Of a stretch of 32,000 nucleotides of DNA, positions 21,758 through 30,685 are shown piece after piece (position 1 is the stretch's first letter; every line of letters starts with the position of its first letter). This DNA is from Pseudomonas aeruginosa (lineage in GTDB: Bacteria > Pseudomonadota > Gammaproteobacteria > Pseudomonadales > Pseudomonadaceae): contig NZ_LN831024.1 in assembly GCF_001457615.1 (NCBI RefSeq), positions 5,430,001 through 5,462,000 on the forward strand. Direction: 5' to 3'. The notes under the pieces were generated by a model, which worked only from the letters and a program-made list of their open reading frames with translations, had not been told where the DNA came from and searched no databases. Made by a program: the position numbers and the translations under genes.

Positions 21758-21965
21758 GGGGATAACGCCGCTGGCGGTATGGCTGCCGTAGGGCGAACAA
21801 CCGCTCGCGATTACCCGCCGGGCGGAATCCGAGGGCGAGCGATGGGGCCTCGCGTTTTCCTCCTCCGCCCCCGCCTGGTGCATACTGTGCGACTCCCCGT
21901 ACCACTCCGGCCCGTCCCTCGCCATGCGCGGGGCGCGCTCGCCGTCATCGTTCCAGGAGTCTTGC

Positions 21966-22415
21966 ATGCCCACTCCCCCCTGGTGGCTGTTCGTCCTGCC
22001 CCTGCTCGCCGGCGCCTGCCTGCCGCTGCAGGCGGGGATCAACGGCCAGTTGGCCAAGCAGGTGTCCAGCGTCCTCGCCGCGGCACTGATCTCGTTCTTC
22101 GTCGGCACCCTCGGGTTGCTCGCCCTGACCCTCTCGCAGCGCGAGTTTCCCGGCCTGGCGGCATTGCGCGGGCTGAGCTGGTGGCACTGGTGCGGCGGTT
22201 TCCTCGGCATGTTCTTCATCTTCATCGCCGCCTTCGCCGCACCGCGCATCGGCGCGCTGATGTTCATGGTGCTGGTGCTCGCCGGCCAGTTGGGCATGGC
22301 CATGAGCCTCGACCACTTCGGTTGGGCCGGCTTCCGCGAGGCACCGATCAGCGCGCTGAAGCTGGGCGGGTTGGCACTGATCGGCGCCGGCATCTGGATG
22401 ATCCGCAAGGGCTGA
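21966..22415 (+). CDS. DMT-superfamily small membrane protein (DUF606/YdcZ-like)
   Basis: 149 aa from MPTPPWWLFVLPLL, with SD CAGGAG 7 nt upstream. It has five hydrophobic segments. Confidence 0.8.
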   Translation: MPTPPWWLFVLPLLAGACLPLQAGINGQLAKQVSSVLAAALISFFVGTLGLLALTLSQREFPGLAALRGLSWWHWCGGFLGMFFIFIAAFAAPRIGALMFMVLVLAGQLGMAMSLDHFGWAGFREAPISALKLGGLALIGAGIWMIRKG

Positions 22416-22571
22416 GTGCGTCTTGCCGCGGACGCGTCGGCCGGCCTATAGTCGGCCTCGGCGTTCTCCACGCCTCCCGTCCGCGGAAAGGGCAGCGCCC
22501 AGGCGATCCACCCCACGCATCGCGCATGCGACTCCAGGCCTGCTGGCGGACAAGGCTGCAGAGGAGATCGT

Positions 22572-23807
22572 ATGTCCTTTTCCCGCACTCTCGGCGACGG
22601 CCGGATCAATCTCGAACAGCAACGCAAGCGCGCCAAGGAGCTGTTGCGCCAGTGGCGCCGCGACCCGGCCAGCCGTACAGGGCTTCCGGGGCAGGAGCCG
22701 CGCCTGGCCGACGCCCAGTGGCAGGTGGCGCGCGAGCTGGGCTTCGCCAGTTGGCCGCGACTCAAGGCGCATGTCGACGCCATCGCCTTCGCCAGCCGCC
22801 ACCCCGATCTGGTCGGCGGCGATGAGGCCGCGACCCTGCACCTGCGCTGCGGCAACGACATCGCCCACGGCCTGAAGCTCGCCGGCTTTCGCGGCGACTT
22901 CCGGATGTTCGCCGACCCGCTGACCATGGGACCGGTGCCGAACCTGCCGTTGCCCGAGTTCCTCGCCCTGCGCAGCGACTACCTGAGCCGCGCCTTCGAC
23001 CTCGACCCGGCCGACGCCCAGGCCCGCCAGCGCCAGGAATACGCTGGGCTCGAGCGGCTCGGAGAATACTCGCGGGTGGCCCTCTGGTGCGAGGCGGACG
23101 CCTACGACCAGTTGTTCCTGGTCCGGGTGCTGGCCGGCATGCAGACGCCGCCGGAGCATCTGGAACTGATCGAGATCGACCGCGTGCCAGGCGTCGAGCG
23201 CTTCGTCGGCATCGGCCAACTGGCGCCTGAGCTGCTCGCCTGGCTATGGACTCGGCGTCGCCCGCTGGACGCAGAAGCCCTGACGCTGGCCCGCGCGGCC
23301 TGGGAAGCCTACCGCGATCCGGCGCCACTGCGCTGGGCGCAACTGGCCGCAGCGCCGACCCCGGCGCTACCGTTGCTGGGGCCGGCGCTGCGTCGGCAAC
23401 TGCATGAACTGCCGGCCCTGCGCGACGGCCTGTCGCTGAGCGAACGGCTGACACTGGAGATCGTCCGCGACGGCGAGCGGCCGAGCGCCGGTCAGGTCTT
23501 CGCCGAGCTGACCGCACGGCGCGAGCCGCTGCCCTATCTCGGCGACCTGATGTTCCGCGTCCTGCTCCGCGCGCTGCTGGAAGAGCCCGGTGCGCTGCTG
23601 CGCACGCCGGCGCCGGAACTGCCCTGGGAACGCCAGCCGCTGGCGCTGACCGCTGCAGGCCGCGAGGTCCTGGCCGGGCGGCGCTACCGCCTCGACCTCG
23701 GCGCCCCCGAACGCTGGGTCGGCGGCGTACGCCTGCGCGCCGGCACCGCGCACTGGGCTCTGGACGAGCAGGACCGGCCGGTATGGCGGGAGGACCCACG
23801 GCACTGA
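22572..23807 (+). CDS. Hypothetical protein, DUF1835-like (N-terminal helical ..ARELGFASWPRLKAHV.. module)
   Basis: 411 aa with SD GAGGAGA and G/C-rich third positions. The domain call comes from remembered family features (..LHLRCGNDI.., ..WCEADAYDQL..), not from a search. Confidence 0.75.
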   Translation: MSFSRTLGDGRINLEQQRKRAKELLRQWRRDPASRTGLPGQEPRLADAQWQVARELGFASWPRLKAHVDAIAFASRHPDLVGGDEAATLHLRCGNDIAHGLKLAGFRGDFRMFADPLTMGPVPNLPLPEFLALRSDYLSRAFDLDPADAQARQRQEYAGLERLGEYSRVALWCEADAYDQLFLVRVLAGMQTPPEHLELIEIDRVPGVERFVGIGQLAPELLAWLWTRRRPLDAEALTLARAAWEAYRDPAPLRWAQLAAAPTPALPLLGPALRRQLHELPALRDGLSLSERLTLEIVRDGERPSAGQVFAELTARREPLPYLGDLMFRVLLRALLEEPGALLRTPAPELPWERQPLALTAAGREVLAGRRYRLDLGAPERWVGGVRLRAGTAHWALDEQDRPVWREDPRH

Positions 23808-23829
23808 CGCTCATCGCCCGGACGAGCGC

Positions 23830-23866
23830 AACGGGCGCGCAGCCACTATCATTGCGCGCCCGTTTT
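23830..23866 (+). terminator. Strong rho-independent terminator after the DUF1835-like gene
   Basis: A perfect 12-bp stem (AACGGGCGCGCA-N11-TGCGCGCCCGTT) runs into TTTT(CCCC). It lies 23 nt after the stop at 23807. Confidence 0.7.
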
Positions 23867-23884
23867 CCCCGCCCCCGCCCGCCG

Positions 23885-24277
23885 ATGAAGAAGATCCCGC
23901 TCGCCGCCGCCGACCCCGACCGCCTGGATACCTGGGTGAAATACCGCGAAGGCCTGTGCGGCGAGTGCAACGCGACCTGCTGCACGCTGCCGGTGGAAGT
24001 GCGCATCGACGACCTGATCCGCATGCGACTGGTCGACGAGTTCGAGCGCGAGGAACCGGCCAAGCGAATCGCCAAGCGACTGGAAAAGGATGGCGTGATC
24101 GAGCACTTCAACCACAAGCGCGAGATCTTCACCCTCACCCGCATGGCCAACGGCGACTGCCTGTACCTCGACCGCAAGACCCGCCTGTGCACCATCTATG
24201 CCCGCCGCCCGGACACCTGCCGCAACCACCCGCGCATCGGCCCGCGTCCCGGCCACTGCGCCTACCGGCCGAAGTAG
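23885..24277 (+). CDS. YkgJ/UPF0153-type CxxCxxCC cysteine-cluster (putative Zn/Fe-binding) protein
   Basis: 130 aa from MKKIPLAAADP, with C-x2-C-x3-CC (CGECNATCC) and a C-terminal C..C..C cluster. No SD precedes 23885. The alternative ATG at 23783 would read through the terminator hairpin, so the start is uncertain. Confidence 0.65.
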   Translation: MKKIPLAAADPDRLDTWVKYREGLCGECNATCCTLPVEVRIDDLIRMRLVDEFEREEPAKRIAKRLEKDGVIEHFNHKREIFTLTRMANGDCLYLDRKTRLCTIYARRPDTCRNHPRIGPRPGHCAYRPK

Positions 24278-24279
24278 CC

Positions 24280-25716
24280 TCAGCCAGGCGGCGCCACACC
24301 CTGGCATAGCTGGTACTGTCCCACCGGCGGCCGGCAGCGCAAGCGCTGGCGCACCTCGTCGGGCAAGGCGCCGAACGAACGCGAGCGGATCGCCAGCAGG
24401 GCGTCGCGACGCAACCAGCCGGCCAGTTCGCTGTCCTCCGCCCGTTGTGCCCGCCCGCCGCTGTAGAACACTGCCGAGTACGGCCGCTTCGGCCAGAACA
24501 CCAGCGGCCGCTCGCGCCAGCCGGCGTCGCTGGCCAGCAGCGCGGCGGTGGACTTCTGCTCGGCGCGCGAGCCCAGCAGCAGGGAGCCGAGGAACAGCGC
24601 GAACAGCAATGGCGTCAGCGCCAGGCAGGCCAGCCCGCCACGCCGCAGCCAGGCGCTGCGCGCCAGCGGCGCGCGCAGCAGGTCGGCGGCGAGCAACGCC
24701 AGGGCCGGCAGGCCGGGCAGCACGTAGGTCCAGAGGACGTTGCCGGCGAAGGTGAAGAACAGGCACGGCGCCAGTCCCCAGAACAGCCAGTAGCGCCTGC
24801 GCGAGGCGACGCCATCGACCACCTCCCCGCGCTGGCGCCAGCCCAGCCAGAGCAGCAGCGGCAACCAGAGGCTCCAGGGAAACGCGGCGGCCAGCAGGAA
24901 CAGCCAGACGCTGCCGTAGGGATAGGCGTGGGCATTGCCGTAGCGGTCGCCGTCCCAGCCGGCGGTGACGAAGCGCTGCCAATGCTCGCCGAGCAGGAAG
25001 TACTCGAGGAAGCCCGGCGTCTTCAACTCCGCCAGCAGGTACCAGGGCGCCGCCACCAGGAGCATCAGCAGGCTTCCGCGGATCCATGGCAGGCCCCGCC
25101 AGAGCGCGCGCCAGCGCCACTCCAGCAAGGCCCACAGGCCGATCGGCAGTCCGGCGAGGATCAGCGTCAGCGGCCCTTTCGCCAGCAGCCCGAGGCCGAG
25201 GCCGAGGAACATCAGCCAGCCCTCGCGGCGCCGGATTCCCTCCGCGCCATGCAGGCCCAGCCAGAAGCCGCGCATGGTCAGGACCAGGGCCAGGGCCAGG
25301 GCCATGTCGGTCATCACCGCCCCGGAGGCGACGAAGAACAGCGCCGAACTGCCCAGCAGGACGCAGGCGATCCGCGCCTGCCGACGATCTTCGCGAGCCT
25401 GCCAGTCCCATACCAGCCACAGCACCAGCACGCCCAGCAACCAGTGCGGCAGGCGGCTGGCGAACTCGTTGGCGCCGAGCAGAAGCTGGCCGCCGGCGCT
25501 GAGCCAGAAGGCCAGCGGCGGCTTGCCCCAGAACGGCACGCCGACGTCGTACCAGGGCGTGATCCAGTCGCCCTGTTCGGCCATCTTCCGCGCCACCTCG
25601 CCATAGCGGGCCTCAGTGGTGTCCATCAGCGGATAGCTGCCCAGGCTCAGCAGGCGGATGGCGAAGGCCAGGGCGAGCAGGAACCAGGCCAGCGGCCAGC
25701 CGCGCAGCGCCCTCAC
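24280..25716 (-). CDS. GT-C fold family-39 (ArnT/PMT-like) polyprenyl-phosphate-sugar-dependent glycosyltransferase
   Basis: 478 aa from the GTG at 25716, which overlaps the GT2 stop (GTGA). It is polytopic. The first periplasmic loop, LMDTTEARYGEVARKMAEQGDWITPWY, is ArnT/PMT-like. Confidence 0.82.
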   Translation of the reverse strand: MRALRGWPLAWFLLALAFAIRLLSLGSYPLMDTTEARYGEVARKMAEQGDWITPWYDVGVPFWGKPPLAFWLSAGGQLLLGANEFASRLPHWLLGVLVLWLVWDWQAREDRRQARIACVLLGSSALFFVASGAVMTDMALALALVLTMRGFWLGLHGAEGIRRREGWLMFLGLGLGLLAKGPLTLILAGLPIGLWALLEWRWRALWRGLPWIRGSLLMLLVAAPWYLLAELKTPGFLEYFLLGEHWQRFVTAGWDGDRYGNAHAYPYGSVWLFLLAAAFPWSLWLPLLLWLGWRQRGEVVDGVASRRRYWLFWGLAPCLFFTFAGNVLWTYVLPGLPALALLAADLLRAPLARSAWLRRGGLACLALTPLLFALFLGSLLLGSRAEQKSTAALLASDAGWRERPLVFWPKRPYSAVFYSGGRAQRAEDSELAGWLRRDALLAIRSRSFGALPDEVRQRLRCRPPVGQYQLCQGVAPPG

Positions 25717-26687
25717 GGATTGGCCCCGCCGACCTGCGCCGGCAGGTAGCGGTCGATCAGGTAGAGCGGGCGGCGCCGCGCTTCCATGGTCATCCGCCCG
25801 AGGTATTCGCTGCATACGCCGATGGCCAGCAGTTGCAGGCCACCGATCAGGAACAGCGCGGCGATCACCGGCCAGTGCTCGTGGATCTCCTGTTGGCCGA
25901 AGATCCCGGCGAGCAGGGTCGCCAGGGCCGCCAGCAGGCTGAGCAGACCGAGGTAGCCGGCGACCTTCAGCGGCGCGGTGGAAAACCCGGTGATGCCCTC
26001 CAGGGCGAAGTTCCACAGCCGCCAGTAGCGCCACTTGCTGTGGCCGGCGACGCGAGCGGCGCGGCTATAGGCGATATCGACCTGGCGGAAACCGACCCAG
26101 GCGAACAGTCCCTTCATGAAGCGATTGCCTTCCGGCAGCTCGCAAAGGGCATCGACCACCCGCCGGTCGAGCAGGCGGAAGTCGCCGACGTCGCGCGGGA
26201 TCGGCACCTCGCTGAGGCGGTTGATCAGCCGGTAGAAGGCGCTCGCCGAGGCGCGCTTCAGCCAGCTTTCACCGGCCCGGCTACGGCGGCGCATGTTGAC
26301 CATTTCGGCGCCGCCGATCCAGGCGTCGAGCATCTGCGGGATCAGTTCCGGGGGATCCTGCAGGTCGGCATCGATGACGATCACCGCGGCGCCGCGCGAC
26401 AGCTTGAGCCCGGCGCTCATCGCCTGTTCCTTGCCGAAGTTGCGGGTGAAGCGGGCCACGCCCACCCGGCGGTCGGCGGCCTGTAGCTGGGCGAGGATCG
26501 CCGCGCTGCGGTCGGTGCTGCCGTCGTCGACATAGAGCATCTCGCAATCGTCGCCAAGGTCGCCGAGCACGGCGCCCAGGCGCTGGTGGAAGGCCGGCAG
26601 CACCGCCTCCTCGTTGAACACCGGCACTACCACGCTGAGCAGGCAGGGGGCCTCGAGCTTCGACGCCAGGGAAGGTTCGATCATCAT
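25713..26687 (-). CDS. GT2 polyprenyl-phosphate glycosyltransferase (GtrB/ArnC-like)
   Basis: 324 aa. The N-terminus is LSVVVPVFNEE..YVDDGSTD..VIDADLQDPP (DXD), and there are two C-terminal TM helices. Its ATG overlaps the gtrA-like stop (ATGA). Confidence 0.88.
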   Translation of the reverse strand: MMIEPSLASKLEAPCLLSVVVPVFNEEAVLPAFHQRLGAVLGDLGDDCEMLYVDDGSTDRSAAILAQLQAADRRVGVARFTRNFGKEQAMSAGLKLSRGAAVIVIDADLQDPPELIPQMLDAWIGGAEMVNMRRRSRAGESWLKRASASAFYRLINRLSEVPIPRDVGDFRLLDRRVVDALCELPEGNRFMKGLFAWVGFRQVDIAYSRAARVAGHSKWRYWRLWNFALEGITGFSTAPLKVAGYLGLLSLLAALATLLAGIFGQQEIHEHWPVIAALFLIGGLQLLAIGVCSEYLGRMTMEARRRPLYLIDRYLPAQVGGANP

Positions 26688-27046
26688 GAGAAGGTCCAGA
26701 GTCGATGAAGGTGATAGGTCGCCAACAGCAGTGCGCCGGTCGCGGCGAGCTGGGCCAGGCGGTAGTCGAGTCCGGCGAGGTCGCCGAGCAGCAACACCAG
26801 GACGGCGTTGCCGAGTACGCAAAGCAGGCTGACGGCGAAGAAGCGCGGCAGCGAACGGAACACCGGGCCACGGTGGCGGAAAGTCTTCCGGCGATGCCCC
26901 AGGTAGGCAGCCAGAGCCCCGCAGCCTGCTCCCGTCGCGGCGGCCACGGCGGCGCCGACGGCGAAGCCCTCGACCAGGAGGGTCAGCACCAGGTAATGAA
27001 CGGCGGTGGCACCGGCGCCGACCGAGACGAAACGCCCCAGGAGCAT
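26684..27046 (-). CDS. GtrA-family small membrane protein (putative polyprenyl-P-sugar flippase)
   Basis: 120 aa with four TM segments. The GtrA-like start is RFVSVGAGATAVHY and the end is ..YHLHRLWTF. SD is AGAGGAAG. Confidence 0.8.
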   Translation of the reverse strand: MLLGRFVSVGAGATAVHYLVLTLLVEGFAVGAAVAAATGAGCGALAAYLGHRRKTFRHRGPVFRSLPRFFAVSLLCVLGNAVLVLLLGDLAGLDYRLAQLAATGALLLATYHLHRLWTFS

Positions 27047-27282
27047 GCATGGCTTCCTCTGGAAACAACCGACGCCGGCATTCTAGGAAGGTGCGCAAAG
27101 CCCCGCGGTTAGCGCTGCGCAAGCTTCCTGACAGGTTTTCGCAGGGTTCCCCGCGGCAGGCCTGGAAGCCGCGTCGGACAAGGAATACACGGCAGGCAGA
27201 GGTCTGTTACCGGATATGAAAAACGGGTTTTCCGCAGGCCTCGCCGCCGTCGCTATACTGCCCGGCCGATCCGGAGGACCCC

Positions 27283-28644
27283 ATGAGCCTGTTGCGCGAT
27301 GCCTGGCGCCACGCCCCGACCCACCACAGGGTCTGGGCGCTGGCCGGGCCGATGATTCTGTCGAACGTTTCCGTTCCCCTGGTGCACCTGGTGGACAGCA
27401 CGGTGGTCGGCCACCTGCCGCACGCCTACCAGCTCGGCGCGGTAGCCGTGGGCGGCAGCCTGTACACCCTGATGGTCGGCGTGCTCGGCTTCCTGCGCAT
27501 GGGCACCACCGGCTTCGCCGCCCAGGCCGCCGGCCGCGACGATGGCGGCGCGCTGCGCCTGATCCTCGCCCAGGGCCTGGGCATGGCGCTGCTCCTGGCC
27601 CTGCTGCTCGGCGCGCTGGCCCTGCCCCTGAGCGGCTGGGCCCTGCAACTGATGCAACCTTCGGCGGAACTGACCGGCGAGGCCCGCGCCTTCTTCCATA
27701 CCCGCCTGCTCGGCCTGCCGGCGGCCCTGGCCAGCTACGCGCTGGTCGGCTGGTTCCTCGGCACGCAGAACGCACGGGCGCCATTGGCGATCCTGTTGAC
27801 CACCAACCTGAGCAACATCGCCCTGGTGCTCTGGTTCGTCCACGGCCTCGACTGGGGCGTGCAAGGCGCGGCCCGCGCCTCGGTGCTGGCGGAATGGAGC
27901 GGCGCCCTGCTCGGCCTGGCCCTGACCCGCCGCGACCTGGCCCGGCGCCCCGGGCGGGCGCAGTGGCAACGCCTGCGCCACTGGCTGTCGTGGCTGCCGC
28001 TGCTGATGGTCAACCGGGATATCTTCATCCGCAGCCTGGCCCTGCAACTGGTGTTCTTCCTGCTCACCGTACAGGGCACCCGCCTCGGCGACACCACGGT
28101 AGCCGCCAACGCCCTGCTGCTCAACGGCCTGCTCCTGACGTCCTACGCCCTCGACGGTCTCGCCCACGCGGTGGAGGCGCTCTGCGGCCACGCCATCGGC
28201 GCCCGCGACCGAGCCGCCCTGCGCCGCGCGCTGGTGGTGGCCGGTGGTTGGTCGCTGCTGGCAAGCCTGGCGTTCGCCGCGCTGTTCGCCTTGTTCGGCC
28301 ACCTGTTCATCGACCTGCAGAGCGACATCGCCGGCGTCCGCGAAGTCGCCTACGCCTATCTGCCGTACCTGGCCTGCCTGCCGCTGCTGGGGATGTGGAG
28401 CTATCTGCTCGACGGCCTGTTCATCGGCGCCACCCGCGCCCGCGAGATGCGTAACGCGATGCTCGTCGCGGTGGCCGCCAGCCTGCCCCTCGGCTGGCTG
28501 TTGCAGGGGCTGGGCAACCACGGGCTATGGCTGGCGTTCCTCGCCTTCATGCTGCTGCGCGGGCTGGTCCTGGCCGCCTACGGCTGGCGCCTGACCCGCC
28601 GCGATGGCTGGTTCGCCGCTCAGGGCGCCGACAGCGGACGATAG
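27283..28644 (+). CDS. MATE-family efflux transporter (DinF-like)
   Basis: 453 aa with 12 TM segments. The N-terminus ..HHRVWALAGPMILSNVSVPLVHLVDSTVVGHL.. is typical of the MATE DinF subgroup. SD is GGAGGA. Confidence 0.9.
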   Translation: MSLLRDAWRHAPTHHRVWALAGPMILSNVSVPLVHLVDSTVVGHLPHAYQLGAVAVGGSLYTLMVGVLGFLRMGTTGFAAQAAGRDDGGALRLILAQGLGMALLLALLLGALALPLSGWALQLMQPSAELTGEARAFFHTRLLGLPAALASYALVGWFLGTQNARAPLAILLTTNLSNIALVLWFVHGLDWGVQGAARASVLAEWSGALLGLALTRRDLARRPGRAQWQRLRHWLSWLPLLMVNRDIFIRSLALQLVFFLLTVQGTRLGDTTVAANALLLNGLLLTSYALDGLAHAVEALCGHAIGARDRAALRRALVVAGGWSLLASLAFAALFALFGHLFIDLQSDIAGVREVAYAYLPYLACLPLLGMWSYLLDGLFIGATRAREMRNAMLVAVAASLPLGWLLQGLGNHGLWLAFLAFMLLRGLVLAAYGWRLTRRDGWFAAQGADSGR

Positions 28645-28988
28645 GCGAGCATCAGCGGGACGTCGGCAGCGTGCGCGACCTGTACCAGTTCGCTGGCCAG
28701 GCGCCCACCGGGAAACACCAGCACCAGGTCCGGCGCGGCCTCGCCGAGGACGGCCTCGCCATACTCGCGCAGGGCGTTGTCGCTGCCACTGCGCTCCGGA
28801 TAATCGTAGGCGCGCGAATCCGCGCCACGCTCGCGGCACCAGCGCTCGGCCTCGTCCGGCAGGCCGCTGCCGGCATGCAGCAGGTGGCCGAGCAGCGCCA
28901 CCGGTTGCAGGCCGTGGCACTGGTCGAGCGCCAGGCGCAGGCGTTCGGCGTCCTTGAAATGGCGTCCGGCGCAGATCAGGAGGCGCAT
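28620..28988 (-). CDS. Small SLOG/DUF2493-like protein with degenerate signature motifs
   Basis: 122 aa (MRLLICAGRHF..LLHAGSGLPDEAERWC..PDLVLVFPGGRLASELV). A strong SD (GGGGAGGGA) lies inside the 3' end of the upstream transporter gene. The start overlaps that gene by 13 nt, and the 3' end overlaps the convergent MATE gene by 25 nt. Confidence 0.7.
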   Translation of the reverse strand: MRLLICAGRHFKDAERLRLALDQCHGLQPVALLGHLLHAGSGLPDEAERWCRERGADSRAYDYPERSGSDNALREYGEAVLGEAAPDLVLVFPGGRLASELVQVAHAADVPLMLAYRPLSAP

Positions 28989-30643
28989 GCCGATCCCTCC
29001 CCTTGCCCTGGCTCGTCCGGCCGCTTCGCCATCGGATCGATGCCGCTGCGTTCGAGCAGCGGATAGGCCAGGGCGGTGACATGATGGTGGATGCGTCGGT
29101 AGTCGCGGAGAATGCGCTGGAACACGTCACCGGACTCCACCCAGGCACCACGATCGTCGCGCAGGCGACGGAAGCGCTCGCGACTGGCATCGGCCTCCAG
29201 TCGCTGCAGCAACTTCTTGCGCGCCACCAGGCGCAGCGCGGCGTCCAGGTCTTCGCGAAGGAACGCGCTGATCGCCAGGTGCAGGCTCTCCTCGATCGCC
29301 GCCTGCAACGGCAGCATGCGGCCCAGCTCGAACTCGCTGCCGGCGCGGCTGCGCCCGGCCCAGCGCATCGCCAGGGGCAGCAGGCTGTTGGCGACGAGAT
29401 CGCCGATGTGCTCGATGTTGATGGCGAACAGAAGGATTTCCTGGGCACGATCGGCGTCGCTGTCGCCGAGGCCGTCCTGGCCGAGGTCTGCCAGGTAGGC
29501 GCGGATCGCCGCACTCAACTGGTCGAGGGCCTGGTCCTGGCGACGGATTTCCGCCGCCACCTTCGCCTCCGGTCGCTGCAACAGGCCGCTGGTGGCGCGC
29601 AGCATCAGACTGGCCATGTCGGCCAGCCGCAGGACTTCGCGAGTAGCGTTGGCCAGGCCGATGTTGGCCACCTCCAGCCCGGCTTCGTCGAGGTAGCGCG
29701 GCATGCCCGGGTCGTCGGACTGTGCCTCTTCCGGCAACAGGCGCGCGAGCAGCGCCGCAAGGGGGCCGGTGAAGCCGATCGCCAGCAGTGCCAGGGCCAG
29801 GTTGAAAGCACTGTGGAACCAGACCGCCGCCGCACCGCCGAGTGCGTTGGCCGGCTGCGCCAGCGCCGTCAGCCAGGGCAGCACCAGCAGGCAACCGAGC
29901 AGGCGCACCAGCAGGTTGCCCAACGGCAGGCGCCGCGCCACCCGGCTACCGGCCACCCCCAACGCCGGCAAGGCGCCGCCGAGGTTGGCACCGAGCACCA
30001 GGGCCAGGGCGATGGGCAGCGAGACCAGTCCGGCCTGGGCCAGGGACGCCACCAGCAGTACCACCGCGACACTGGAATGGCAGGCCCAGGTCAGCAGCGC
30101 GGCGAGAAGCAGGGCGATCAGCGGATCGCCTTCGAGGCCGTGGATCACCGCGACAAAGGCTGGCGAGGCCTCGATCTGCTGCAGGGAATGGCCGAGCAAC
30201 GCCAGCGCCAGGAGCATCAGGCCGAGTCCGATCAGGCACTGGCCAAGGCTCTCCAGGCGTGGACCGTCGCCCAGGCGGAACAGCAGCAGGCCGGACAGCA
30301 GGGCCAGCGGCGCCAGCAACGAGGTGTCGAAGCTGAGCAGTTGCACCACCAGGGTGGTGCCGACGTTGGCGCCGAGCATCACTGCCAGCGCCGGCGCCAG
30401 GCCCAGGGTGCCACTGGCAGTGAAGGACGCTGCCATCAGGCTGGTGGCGGTGCTGCTCTGCAGCAGGCCGGTGATGCCGAGCCCGGCGAGCAGGGCCAGC
30501 CAGCGGTTGCCCAGGTGGCGGCCGAGCCAGTTGCGCAGCACAGTGCCGAAACCGCGCAGCACGCCGCTGGAGACCATGTGCGTGCCCCACAACAGGAGGG
30601 CCACGGCACCGGCCAGGTTGATCAGGAGGATGGTTCCCAGCAT
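28976..30643 (-). CDS. Na+/Pi-cotransporter family (NptA/YjbB-like) membrane protein with C-terminal PhoU-like repeats
   Basis: 555 aa. The N-terminus is ..WGTHMVSSGVLRGFG..LLQSSTATS.., with a duplicated transporter core. The C-terminal PhoU-type helices include ..ILLFAINIEHIGDLV... SD is GGGAG. Confidence 0.88.
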   Translation of the reverse strand: MLGTILLINLAGAVALLLWGTHMVSSGVLRGFGTVLRNWLGRHLGNRWLALLAGLGITGLLQSSTATSLMAASFTASGTLGLAPALAVMLGANVGTTLVVQLLSFDTSLLAPLALLSGLLLFRLGDGPRLESLGQCLIGLGLMLLALALLGHSLQQIEASPAFVAVIHGLEGDPLIALLLAALLTWACHSSVAVVLLVASLAQAGLVSLPIALALVLGANLGGALPALGVAGSRVARRLPLGNLLVRLLGCLLVLPWLTALAQPANALGGAAAVWFHSAFNLALALLAIGFTGPLAALLARLLPEEAQSDDPGMPRYLDEAGLEVANIGLANATREVLRLADMASLMLRATSGLLQRPEAKVAAEIRRQDQALDQLSAAIRAYLADLGQDGLGDSDADRAQEILLFAINIEHIGDLVANSLLPLAMRWAGRSRAGSEFELGRMLPLQAAIEESLHLAISAFLREDLDAALRLVARKKLLQRLEADASRERFRRLRDDRGAWVESGDVFQRILRDYRRIHHHVTALAYPLLERSGIDPMAKRPDEPGQGEGSACAS

Positions 30644-30685
30644 GGCGGAACTCCCGGTTCGGAATGGATCGTGAAGGGAACGGGC

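Noticed and set aside
27204-27219. Possible LexA/SOS box (CTGTTACCGGATATGA) upstream of the DinF-like MATE gene.
   Set aside because: It lacks the distal CAG half of the CTG-N10-CAG consensus and is about 65 bp upstream of a more plausible -10 (TATACT at 27254-27259). The sequence gives no support for SOS control.
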